DNA of 64,000 nt from Balanoglossus misakiensis (taxonomy: Eukaryota; Animalia; Hemichordata): positions 6,000,509 through 6,064,508 of the forward strand of contig CM082586.2 in the NCBI GenBank assembly GCA_040954595.2, written 5' to 3'. The notes below the pieces were generated by a model. That model saw only the letters and a list, made by a program, of their open reading frames with translations, made no database searches and was not told where the DNA came from. Positions 14,761-27,038 of the stretch are shown in pieces (position 1 is the stretch's first letter; every line of letters begins with the position of its first letter). Both the position numbers and the translations under genes were made by a program.

Positions 14761-17657
14761 AGACTATCCCACTAGTCGCTTGGTGATTTTTAAATCTCAA
14801 TACTGTTTGTGTTTTCGGTGTTTTTTTTGTCTTAATGGAATAATTGCAATACTTTTTGCGTGCATGCTTGCCTTGAGCGTGTTTTTGGTTGTGAGGTGAG
14901 TTTCGAATTTGGGACTGAGCTTGTGGTTTCGGGTAGCGTCGACCAAGCCTATGGGCCTACGCGTTCCCTTCACATAATGAAGCCCATAGACTTGGAGCAA
15001 GTCTAGTGACAGAGGTAATTTTGGCGGTTGTTTTTTTTTGTTTGTTTCGTGCCCTAATCCCAAGCCTCATCAAGTCCACTGTATGTGACAAGTTGTAATA
15101 CAGTTTAAAACACTCGAGCAAAAGGTTAAAGAACTAGAGCAATCAAGTGGTTTGAAAGCCATATATTTTTTAAGCGTTCTTTCATGGAGGCCAACACAAG
15201 AGGGGACCTCATTCGCCCGCATGGATGGAAAGTTCATTGATTGCTTGTTGGTTTTGTTGCTAGGGTTGATTGTGATTTATAACACGCTTGAATAGGCAAG
15301 ACTGTATCACCAGTAAACAGGGGAACTGGGACACGACCCATCACCAAGTCGTGACGTCAGTGTATTCCACGAGAGTCCGGCCATCATAATTCAGAAACCG
15401 GATGTAGGACCTTCGTTTTTCTTTCATACCGGCAGCGCGTGGCCAAAAACAAATACATGTAGCGGCAGCTGGCGTTTATAGTCTCTTGTTCGGAATGGCC
15501 GCGCCTGACCCTTTTCTTCTAACCCTGCGCTCACTCAGTATGGGTCACTCGATGGATTCTATCTAAGGCTGCATGTCAAACTATAGGCGAAGTTTCGAGA
15601 TTTCTGATATGGGACAATCCAAAATGTAAATCTCAATAATTGCCACTTTTACCATTTTTAATCGATAAAATTCCCCAATCTATCTCCTCATCCTTAGTCA
15701 ACAAACGGCTTTGAGGGATTTTAATACCTGTGTGTGCATACCACGACGGCTGCGTACTTTTTCAATGGGCAGTTGAATAAACGGTTGCGGCACGCGTTTA
15801 TTATTTAACGTGTTCATAATGCCGAACATACATCGTGTGTGTTGCGCAAAACGTAATGCGAGCCTTTATCGGAAGTATCGACCAAATGTGTACTTGAATT
15901 CTTGGTAGTGACGTCACAAACGGGTAATTTTGCCTGGACTCGCATATATTTCCCCATTCGCTAGCACAGCGCCGGTCAGTGGTAGAATCGGGACAGGGAA
16001 CCAGACCAGACCAATTGTCGGTCGTTTTGATGTTTTCTTGTGTCCTAGTTCGTATGAGGGCGCTTTAGAATGCTCCTGCAACAGGTGTATGTACACGCGC
16101 ATTCGATTCTAGACTTTTCCAAGTCTATGGGCCTAACTGTGTCGTAATGAATTTCAGCACTTGTTCGAACAGGGTGTGTCTCGTGTAGTGTACGCGTCAG
16201 TCGTACGATGGCGCCATAGGCCAATACCGAGGCTCGCCCATGGCAAGTAAACTTACGAAAGGCAATGAGCAAAATTGTGAGATGGCGAACAACTGAATTA
16301 GTTAAGAATCTTTACAGAGACAGAACACGCCAGGCGACTAGTGGCATTAGTCCTAGGGTCTCTAAATCGATTCATAAATGGACATACTAGTGAACAGGGT
16401 AAAATAAAGAAGCCATCAGAAGAACCTAAAACTCGATTAGCATGTAGCTATTTTCTTCTGACTTCATAGTTGTCCTTTCCCCTTACCTTGGTATAGTAAA
16501 ATTGAATTTGAAAGTTAAACATTAAAAAAACGGAATGAACGAATGAATGAATGAATGAACGAACGAACGAACCAAGATGTAACCTCCCGAAAGGGAGACC
16601 TTCTCTCATTTACACTGCAGGGCACAGTATGATGCAAATGAATCACACTTCATTGAACATTTTAATCAGCATAATTGTGACCACAACTACCGTGATTTGT
16701 CGGCATTCCGTCGTAATTAACGCATTCCCAGGTGTGTGCATTTATGACGTCGACACCTGTCTCTTCACGTGATGTGGTGACGAACGCACAGGTCATGTTT
16801 AATGGGGGTGTTTAGGGTTTAAACTGGATCTGACACGATCAATGCAAAATGGTTACCGGGCAATCAGCAGTCAGTGTGCGCATGAGTGCACAAACATAAT
16901 TGGATTTTTATCTCTGATCGTTTTTCTTTCTGTCTTTCATTCTTTTTTATCCGCGTTCTTAGCGTTCTAATTAAACGCTGCGAATTAAAAATCGATTCGC
17001 TGTCTTGTTGTGTTTGTTTTGTCTTTCGTTTGTTTGGTTCCTCGCTCTACACGGTGTTTTACGATTTTAAAGCAGTGTAATCAACTCATTTTTTCTGTTG
17101 GTGATAAGTAACGTAAAGCTCCATAGTTTTAAAAGTTTTGCTTTGTGTGTCAACCGCATTGTTCGATTTCGGAATACGTGTGTAAGATGTCAGAACAGAA
17201 ACAATGCATTAATTTTTAATCCAGGCCGATTTAATTGTGTTGTTTTGAAGTCCTGGTTTCCTAGAATGAGACTATGTAAGTTGACATTTAAAACATGTCG
17301 TAGGTGGCACATATTAATAATTGAGAGCCGTTTTAGCATATCTCATTAACAGAAAGAAATAGTAGTTAATCATGCGAGACCAGCGTTCTATGTTATAACT
17401 CAATTAATCCCTAAAATGGACCGATCAGCAATGGCGAGCTCTAAATCCCTGGATAACGTCATTTGATAGTGCCAACCAGGACTGAGCTCATGGTTTCAGT
17501 TACCGTCGACCACATGGGCCTACGCGTTCCCTTGACGTACATACGCGCTCACACTCGCTGACTTTTACTCCACACACGCTACGTAGAGAAAGTCGGAACA
17601 AGTTTTTTTAAATGTATTTACGAAATAATGAAACCCTTAGACTTGGAGCAAGTCTGG
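14761..17657. repeat. Dispersed repeat fragments between the GPCR genes: 14761-15005, inverted ~16109-16352, direct ~17480-17657; a separate short repeat pair at ~13828-13908 and ~15731-15808
   Basis: Shared strings ATGGGCCTACGCGTTCCCTT and TAGACTTGGAGCAAGTCT (reverse complement at 16109); CACTAGTCGC inverted at ~16334; GCATACCACGA...AATAAA..ACGG.TGCG.CAC.CGTTTATTATTT occurs twice. Confidence 0.65.
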
Positions 17658-18131
17658 CTAAAAACCTTACATTACGTTTTGCACTGTCGGGTTAACATGC
17701 CCCAGCCGTTTATACGACTCACGCCAGTCTGTCAGATATTTCTACCATCCGAAAAATACCACAAGTACAGTCAGTTTTACATCGTCCTTTTCATACGAAA
17801 GAAGGATTGTTGAAAGACGAAACTGACGGGAAGTTAACCTCCCCACGTCGATTGGTCTTGCGTTCGCATTAATTTTTATATGCAACTCCAGAACCAATAG
17901 GAGGAGAGTCTACTGCACACTGCCACAGGTGTCATAATTATGATAACAGCATTCTACGCCTGTGCGCATTTTATCACGTGACCGCTGTGCAAGAAAGTCC
18001 CACTTTCCTGACAGACTGTCCAGGTGACAACATAGCCTAACAAATCCAATCTGTACTTGAACCTGATACCCACCTGTTGTTCAATGCCTGCTCGTAGCTG
18101 TATCTCAACGTGAAAAGCTATACGGGAATCA

Positions 18132-19006
18132 ATGGCTGATTATCCCGTGTTCGAGGACGCGGAGTGGGTTCAACTTGATGGTAGTACGACACGCGGCTAC
18201 AATATGTCGTACGATTATTCCTACTACAGTTACTCTTACGATTACGACGATTCGAAACTAGAGAAGCTGGATGACCACGTGGTCGTAATCCTGACCAGCA
18301 TCTTCGCGCTGTGCGTCGTCGTCTCCTGCATCGGCAACTTCGTCGTGATGAGCGTGATGACGTGCGGGAAGAAACGCAAGCAGCCGCTGAACAGCCTGAT
18401 GTTGAACTTGGCGTTGTCGGACTGGAGTCTGGGCCTTCTCTGTCTGCCCTTCCTCTTCGCGTACACGATGATGTCCGAGTGGATCTTCGGAGAAGTCATG
18501 TGCGCCATAATCCCCTTCGCACAGAAGGTAAGAACATCTAGATGTGGATTTTATAACATCAAAGGGAAGGTCGCATCGGCGTCCGAACCTGCTGGTATTT
18601 TTTAATACTTTGAGTCAAAATAGGTCACTTTGTTCCTGTTTGTCTAACCACATCAATTTTTACAGATTTAAAGCGCCAGTAACTCCAACTTTGGGCTGTT
18701 TTCTCAGTATTTTTGTTTTGGTGTTAACTATGGTTTCTTGTTCTACAAGAATTGCTCTGCATTTGTTGTTGTTTTTCAACGCAACACTTTTGTAGTAACC
18801 AGCATTGTTAGAGTTGAAAATTGAAGTCACCCAACAAACATGTCATCTAGCACTGGGCATCAAGGAACCAAAACTTCCCTTTTCACTTGTTTGGCCAATT
18901 TGAAAACTTCTGGTGTATTTTTATTTATAATAGATTCCCAAGCCGCGGCAGTTACAACAATTATCCCGGCTGCTCGTTTTGTCTCATTACATACCGACTT
19001 GTCCGC

Positions 19007-19093
<87 letters not shown>

Positions 19094-20193
19094 AATTTAG
19101 AAGAAAATTGATTGTATTTTTTTTTCAAGTGAATTGCCCATCTGGTCAAACATCGTGACCAGTTGAACAAAGAAACAGTCGAGCGCTACCCGGAATAGCC
19201 CCAGTTGAAATATCATCGCAACGAAAAAAAAACATTTATGACTCTCTGAAAAAAATGAGGGCATCTATTTGCATCGCCTATACGTGGGATTTGAAATAAA
19301 GCCAAAATCTACACTTTCAGAAGACCATATTCTGCTTATACATGTACAAGTATTATACATAGATTGCTCTTTGTATTTAAAATAATCGTTATTCAGCCAG
19401 TTTAATCACAGCAGAGAGATAGGCAAATGGCAAATATTCTCCAGAACTGAATTATTAACTCGAACGGGTGTGGTTCATTGACTGACGCACGGACAATAAA
19501 ATATGACAGTCACTGGTAAAACCCGAATGAATACGTCGCGTGAAGTGATAACTAGTTTGTTTTATGATTTGAAGTACATGTATTATGCTATACAGTTGGA
19601 TTCGCTGTGGTTAGTATGTGCACTCGGACACGCTGATTTATGCAGACGTCTTACTCGTGAGGAAAAGCGCTTTTTCTCGAGTATTTCATCTTCTTATTGT
19701 AATAAATACAAATTTCAATGCCATAAACACTGATCTCTATATGGAAGTGGTTTCATTGAATGCTTTTCTTCATATTTCCAGACCGCACAGATCGTCAGCA
19801 TATACACAGTGATGGTGATCGGCATAGATCGCTGCCGCCTGGTTCTCTTTCCCGGTGGGAAGAAGCTCTCTGCAGAGCTATACACAGCAACCGCCGTCAT
19901 CATCGCTGTGATCTGGGTGGTGGCAGTGGCCATAGCCAGTCCAAGGCTAGCGTACAACGCCTACCTGCCACCGGGAAATGGGTCGGTGGGATTCTGCTAT
20001 GAGGAGTGGCCGGGGAGTGGCGTCAAGGAGGTCTACGTCTGGTTGACGTTTGTGCTTACCTACCTGGTCCCCCTGATCATACTCTGTGCGTGTTACTTCA
20101 TAGTGGCCACCAAACTATGGGTTAGCAGTGTGCAAGATGCGGAAATGAGAAAGAAAAGTCGTAGGGTGAGTGCCCTTTACCATGGTTATTTGA

Positions 20194-20277
<84 letters not shown>

Positions 20278-21026
20278 CAAAGACAAGATAAGGAGGGAGA
20301 GAGAGCCCTTATACCACTGTCTATTTGACCAAATATATTCATTTCTCGTTTTCTTTTTCCCTCTCTGTAACTGCGCACCAGACTGTTCGTACCCTGGTGG
20401 CTCTTGTCATCCTATTCGGACTCTGCTGGCTTCCAGCCAACGTCTACAACCTGTTCCTGGTGACCTACAACCCCCATTACTTCGTGACACATCCCACGAC
20501 CACACGGATCACCCGCGCCTCTATCTACACCTGGATGATCTTCGCCGATGCAGCATTCAATCCCGTCGTGTACATGTTCCTCAGTGAGAAGTTCAAGGTA
20601 AGGTAAAACAATTAATGGCGACGAGAGAGAGGGGAGAGAGAGAGAGAGAGGGGGAGAGAGAGAGAGAGAGAGAGGGGGGAATCGATCTTTGTCTAGAGAG
20701 CGACGTCGACAGAGAGACAGACATGATCTTTTTTCCAGCCATTGATTGAAGATGGGATCGGTCTTTGGAGAGAGGGAATGACAGACAAAGAGAGGGGAAT
20801 CGATCTTTCTTCTGCCATTGATTCAAGTGCTTTTACTCAAGGCAATAATTTCGTAAATGTATTTTTTTTTCAATTCCAGCAAGACGTCGGAAGATTGATG
20901 AAAAGAGTGAAACCAAACGTGGGCATTGGTGATGCAAGAGACTCGTCCTACACAGAAGCGAATGGCGTCATCTTGTGTGAGCGAGAGCAAACCGAGAGCG
21001 TCAACGTCTCTATGCGGGCACTGTAG
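18132..21026 (+). CDS. Class A GPCR, paralogue of the 9766-11515 gene; exons 18132-18527, 19782-20165, 20382-20597, 20880-21026
   Basis: GN, NLALSDW, DRC (DRY variant), CWLP and NPVVY motifs. GT-AG phase-0 introns lie at the same protein positions as in the first receptor. Confidence 0.92.
19007..19091. repeat. (GA)n microsatellite in GPCR intron 1
   Basis: About 40 uninterrupted GA units. Confidence 0.98.
20195..20278. repeat. Compound (GCTT)n(GATT)n microsatellite
   Basis: Directly visible tetranucleotide arrays. Confidence 0.95.
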
Positions 21027-21807
21027 CAAGGCGCCTGTCATTGTCGTCCGCAATTACAACGGTGTCGCCGCGTGGTTTTAGCATCATAATCACTACCAAG
21101 AAGGTGACATCAACTAGCAACCTTTAAAACCATTCGTTTGCCATTGAAAACAATCTTTAGGGCATGTTTGTAGACCCCAAACTGGGGGTTACATGTTTAC
21201 ACTGTATACGTAGTATAAAGTCCCCCCAAAAAACTCGCCAAACTGAATAATCGGTGTTTACCTTTTATTCATTTTGGCGAGATTTTTACTCTTTTATCCT
21301 ACAAAGGGGATGGAAGTTGTGTGTGGTCGAACATTAATTCACTATATATCCACGTGTAGAATGACATAAAACAGTGTCTTGTATCAAACATAATTGATGG
21401 AAAAGGGCGGCGAGAGAGAGACTTTGTCCCTTTAAGACAACACAACAGGCAGGGCAGCCATTGATGCCTGGCACAAGTTAGGAGAACCTCCTTGCTGTTG
21501 GGCTATCAGTCTCATCTTGCCACCCCAATGTGAAAACAAAGTTTGGCTTGAGCAAACTTTGGTGTACTTATAATAGAGTTTCCACATTTCTAATGGATTG
21601 CAAAAAAACACTCATTCACATTCACTCATGCATGACTACACACATCGTATTCATAGATTGTGAAATTGATATCCATTTGTGTATTTATTCAAAGTGTTTG
21701 TCATGTCTACAATATTTGCTCATTTCAATTTAATTATCAGAATACTTCATGTGCAACACACATTTTAATGCTAGAATAAGAGGAAACTAGAATAAAATTA
21801 AACTAGA

Positions 21808-24652
21808 CTATAATGTAGCGAGAACATCTGGCAAGGGTACGCTTTTCAGTAAACCCTGCAGTTTCTTCAACTGTGTCTTCATCTTGTCTTGGGAATCTCC
21901 TGGAAAAAAATCAGGACAAATGAATCTTGGTGAAAAACAGTACAGCAACTGTGCATTCCAAACAATTATAGGTATACAGTCACTTCTAATGTTCCTATGT
22001 CCATACATGGTTTAAAAGACCATGCAGTGGCCACCCAAGTGAAAATCTGTCATTGGCAAGATCTCAACTTGTCATGGTAACTGTGACTAAATTTGCATAG
22101 GAGATTGTATACCTTTAAACATAGGAGACTATACATGTATACCTCTACAGAGAACAAAACTACAAAGTACACGAAACTGTAAGACAAGGTGCCACTTACC
22201 TTGGACAGTAAGACTGACCCTGGTCGGCAGTATTCTAAGTAAATCATCATAGATCAGTTTGACTAGGACAGGATGTGGTAATGTCTTGCTGGCTGATAGT
22301 GTGAACTCCGTGTAGTTAAATGCATTCAAGGAAAGTAGATTTCCTTCCAACAATGCCTCGTAGTTCTCCTGAAAATAACAGAGGGGAACGGTGTGATTGT
22401 TTTAACCCTTTCACCCCCAGGTCCCTCTTTAGTGGTTCAACCTCACCATTAAGAAAACAATGAGTTTGGACTGAACCATGGCGGTGAAAGGGTTTAGGGG
22501 TAAACACATGATTTTTAAGGATATACATGTATAATTCACTACTTTTATATTTTCCCCAATGAATCTCACTGAGATGTTGAATGTTCCTAGCTGTACCTGA
22601 GCACTGGCTGCCTGCTCTCTGCGCGCCACATACGCATTCAGATAGTCACTCAGCTCCGACAAGAACTCTCGCTTGTTTTTGTTCATCTTCTCGTGCATCA
22701 GTTCTTGAAGTGGTATGAAGTAGGGCAGTGTGTGTCTGTGGATCACCGTCGTCCCCCTGTCTTTGAAATCAAGTTCTACGTAGTAGGGTTCGTAGTACTG
22801 GGCATTGTAGAAAGTGTCAAAACACAGCCGTACCCGCTTAGAAGCCACTGGGACCACTGAAACGCCTGTAAAATATTATTCAGTGCTATGAACTGGTGGA
22901 AATTGCTGGTGACAGTACACTATGTGAATTTATGCTGAGTGTTATTTCTCGCTTTCAAATGTAAACTGTTTTGAGGCATATTTTTTATGTTTGTTTACAG
23001 ATATGGGTTTTCTTTGTACATGTACATGTATTGTAACATGGTCCGCAAACTGAATGTGTTACACACCTATTGTGGGTAGGTTTGCATTCAAAACACCCAG
23101 CTGTGGGAAAGGCTGGTGTCAGCCAATGTTACCTGTCAATCTGTATAAAGCAGAAAATTCTTCCTGTTTCCGTCTCCGCGCTGACCTAAGCGCTCTGAGG
23201 ACTGTGTCTCGCTGACCTTTCAACTTCCGCGGGGTGCCTGTCTTGAGAACGTTGTGGAGGACCTGAAGAGATGCAGAATTGTGCGAAAGTGCGAGTTTAG
23301 TGGAAGAAAGGACACAAAATAGTCTCGCTGAGCCAGGAGTGCTGGGGTCCATCCAACAGACCACAAATTGGGAAAGCGCAGCCTGTAAGTTGCTGATGTT
23401 CTGCTCATTAGTGTAATGTCCCTGAAAAATTGGTTACAAGCCTTGAGATCGCTCCAGGCTGTGGGTTCCTGACTGTGTCCATTTTTATGTTTATGTTACA
23501 AATGCATGATTACTGATATTTTGAAACCATCAGTGAGGCCATGCTGCAAGTCACATTCATATTTATGGAAATCCCAATAAAAAACCTGGTAAACAGGCCA
23601 GTTTGTAGTAATAAATCTATTATCACACTCACACACATCTGCTTGCTCAGAAATCAACCCCCAAAGTAAATGCGACAGCTGGGTCAGTATTGACAAAAAA
23701 TTATGATTGATGGGGTGCCCCTCCTACACACTTGCATTTCGTGACTGAACATATTCCCAGCAGACTGCGTGAGGAACGACTGATTTCTACTGGCCAGAAT
23801 GAAAGCAGCATTCTCATTAAAACCAGGTACCAAATAAGTTGTATGCTGGTAGGTACGTGCAGTTCAAACAAACGTGTGCGTAGGCTGTATTGTCTCAATG
23901 CCCTCTAAAATGAAGAGCAACATCGAAAACTGCTGTACACCAGGGCAAACTGCACGCACGAACTCAGCAGCACATTTGCAGAAGCCCTAAAAGGGCACAT
24001 GTTATAATGAACAAATATTATGATCCGTGATCCGGTCTTTGTTTGTTTTGTTGGAAAACATATCTACGTCATTGCAAAGCCAACAGACCGTTTGAATGAA
24101 ACACTAGAATGTTCCACTGTTTTAGCAGACTGATTCAATAGTGTACTGACATACACACCACCAAAATAACATATGGCTTCTTCGCTTGTATTCATACCTT
24201 ACTTGGCCCATTCTTCAGCTGCCTTCTAAGTTTTTCTCTCTTCACTATGAGTTCTTCTATGGTACTTTTCATTTGTTTGATTTCATGTTGGTCTTTAAGT
24301 CTTTGGCCTTCACTGTCGCAGATCTGATGTGCTAGGACTTCTAGCTTCTGGAGGTTTTGAAGTGTTCCTGTCATAGTAAACAGGGCAAGAAAATGATTTG
24401 AACAGGAAGAATTGATTGCTTGCGTACAAGTGCATATTGGGCACTGTCTCTCGCGATTGTCACAAGTCATTCGTCCCGATCGACTGCAGACTGCCATACA
24501 ATAACATAGCATAGCAATCCTGGCATGTCCTCCGATCAAGAGAATGTCTCGAATTTGAACAGTTTCCCTGGCTTATATAGGGTCTATGATGAAACCAAGT
24601 ATACACTGCAAGTATACGATCTCCCACCTTTCGCCTGATTCACGTTAACCAT
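21808..24652 (-). CDS. CENPO: Centromere protein O; exons approx. 24652-24628, 24367-24198, 23421-23133 (possibly split by a small intron ~23361-23263), 22865-22597, 22368-22200, 21899-21808
   Basis: N-terminal coiled-coil-like region, then YRLTG-VS...RLCFDTF...YYEPYYVEL...IHRHTLPYFIPL...YLNAYVARREQ, matching my recollection of the CENP-O/Mcm21 signature. Splice sites are frame-consistent; the start codon is inferred. Confidence 0.85.
22402..22496. mobile_element. ~90 bp MITE family with TTAACCCTTTCACC...GGTGAAAGGGTTAA-type termini (piggyBac-like); other copies 27560-27650, 32416-32478 (partial), ~34572-34679, ~38557-38638
   Basis: Most copies share an internal core (GAGGTCCAACCTTAACAT..AAACAATGGGTTTGGACT.AACCATGG) and have inverted termini with TTAA-like ends. 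Confidence 0.7.
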
Positions 24653-24794
24653 CACTGATAACGTAGATTTCCACAAAAGTATCCTCAATCTGCTGATCCG
24701 ATCGTCGCGGCTTGTTTTCAAATTGCAATGTTAGGTGGTTCGGTGATTGTGCGCTCCAGTCAGTGACCTTTGACATTCTAGGGATCCAGGAAAT
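24653..24794. promoter_or_regulatory. Compact bidirectional promoter between CENPO and PTRHD1
   Basis: Only ~140 bp separate the divergent inferred start codons. A YY1-like AATATGGCGGC overlaps the PTRHD1 ATG. Confidence 0.7.
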
Positions 24795-25720
24795 ATGGCG
24801 GCGTCCATGGTTCAGTATGTTGTCGTGAGAAGTGACTTGCTACATACTTTGAAATGGCCAACGGGAGCTGTTATAGCTCAGGTAATGTCAAGAAATTACT
24901 TAAGGCACTTTGGGTTGATTAAAAGTAGTCATGTTGATTATCAAAAATGTTGAAGAGTGGACGTACATCCACAAATGATCGAAAAAAAGTCAAGCCTATT
25001 TTCTTCGCTGTCAGTACCGTTTATGCTTTAATTGCTTGTTTTGGACGCGACGTGTGAGACTACAGTCCCCTCAGAAACATTTTCATAGCAATCTGGCTTT
25101 ATATCTGATTGTAAACCCGACTTGAATATGGATTGCATGCACTCGAAAAGCTGTTTTGCGGGCGTCGGGCGTGCGGAAATCGTGCTTTACAAAAACTTGA
25201 TTTCAAATTGCGCCCTCTTACGACCATCTAATAAAACTAAGACTTTCCATTTTCTTCAAATGCAGGCTTGCCATGCGTGTACAGCAGTATTACACATTTT
25301 CTACAGTGACCCGAACGTGCAACAGTATACGTCAGATTTAGATCGCATGCACAAGGTTGTACTTGAGGTGAGATTGGCTCTATTTTGTGGGTTTTTGATT
25401 GTGCTGGTTGACAATACATGTACACACTTCTACAATCCCCCCAAAGTTACCTTGGTAGATACCCAAGTACTGTAGTAAAAAGTGAAAAAAAAATGATGAA
25501 ACTACACGAAAAAAACTTGCTTTAATGATGCAAGTTATTTACATTCCAGGCGAAGGATGAAGAGAGTATACGGAAACTTGCCGAGAAATTAGAAGAGGAT
25601 AAGATAGACCATAAACTGTGGATTGAACAACCTGAAGATATCCCAACATGCTTAGCATCAAAACCTTACCCAAAGGAACAAATACAAAAATACTTCAAAA
25701 AATTTAAACTTTTCAAATAA
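24795..25720 (+). CDS. PTRHD1: Peptidyl-tRNA hydrolase domain-containing protein 1 (PTH2 family); exons 24795-24881, 25266-25367, 25550-25720
   Basis: MAASMVQYVVVRSDLL..KWPTGAVIAQ-ACHA...MHKVVLE-...HKLWIEQPEDIPTCLASKPYPKEQIQKYFKKFKLFK* contains the characteristic PTRHD1 motifs. Confidence 0.95.
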
Positions 25721-27038
25721 ATAATATCACAGATACTTCACTTTGTTGACAAGTCTTTTCTCGTAGCATGGCCATAGTCCATATGAAAATTGCCAAAATT
25801 GCATTATTACATGGAAAAGATAGAATACTTCCATTTCTAGCCGCAAGTTTTTAGAATGGCATCGCGTAGGGCTGGGACAACAGAAAGACACTTTAACATT
25901 GCACAAAATAATTTTTATTTTCATTAATAATACTTCCTGAGAGAGAAAAAAATCTACATGTACTAAAATCAATATTTTTATCACAATTTGTAAAATTTCT
26001 CATACGCAATGTCACTTTTACAAAATGTGTCTGAATCAGTTCCCTGAACGAAAAAGGTAATTTAATGTAGAAGTGATAATACTCTAATGGAAAAAGAACA
26101 GTTGAATTTTCTGATGTTGAATGACAAAATCCGTCACATTAATTTGAATGTGTTTCTGTATTTTGCGTTTGCATCAAGCTTGATAGATCAGGCTTCTATT
26201 GAGAGTATTGAAGATCTCTGTCAGGAAACAGAATTTCTGAAGAAAAATGCTACTCCAGTTCTATATTATTGCACAGAACAGTGAAGAAGAAATATAAAAA
26301 GTGAGTGTGAATCCGTTACAAGTCTTAACGGTAAGCAAAGACAACGGCACTTTAATAATCATTAAAAATAAAACCATGCATCAAAAATAAAAGAATTGTC
26401 AACCATAAAAAGGGATATGAAAACTTAAAACGTTTTTAACAAAAACTGGTTTGAATTCGCTGATCTCTGAGCAGTCAAGTACTGCTCACTGAATCCTTAG
26501 CATTGTTTATGAACTTACCAAAAGAGGATGCTGCTCACTTTGAGAACTGAAGTTGTTCATGCAAGAGTTAAAATATCAATACCATACCCTGTTTACTGTT
26601 TTACAAACTATATACACAAAATCACAAGCCCTTTCAAAAAGACACATACACAACATTAACAAACTTTCATGTTGATAACAGTACAGGTAGTTGCTACCTT
26701 ACACGACACAATTTGTATTTTATACTATACATTATCTTGTATAAATCATAGTATGATTGAAATGTTTCAATGAAGAGTTGGGGGTTCAGAAAAATGGCCT
26801 ATGGCCTAGTACCTGGCAATAATTGCTGCCGTAATATAAGACCTCTGTTGCTTACTGGAGTAATAGGGATGTGACAAAGTGGAGAAAAAGACAGGAATTT
26901 GAGGCTTCTATGTGCTTATAGTTACTACACATAAAACGATGCATTTTTATGACAGTACACAGTACTTTGTAACGTTTAAGAATGAAGACTTTTTAGATCT
27001 GTCCAACAGATTTGTTTGTAATTGAATGTACCCGTGAC

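Noticed and set aside
18887-19170. ORFs with poly-ER and poly-LS
   Set aside because: Translations of the (GA)n microsatellite.
22514-22526. ATATCCTT on the minus strand inside a CENPO intron as a second U12 donor
   Set aside because: It is not at an exon boundary, and the flanking exons join through canonical GT-AG sites.
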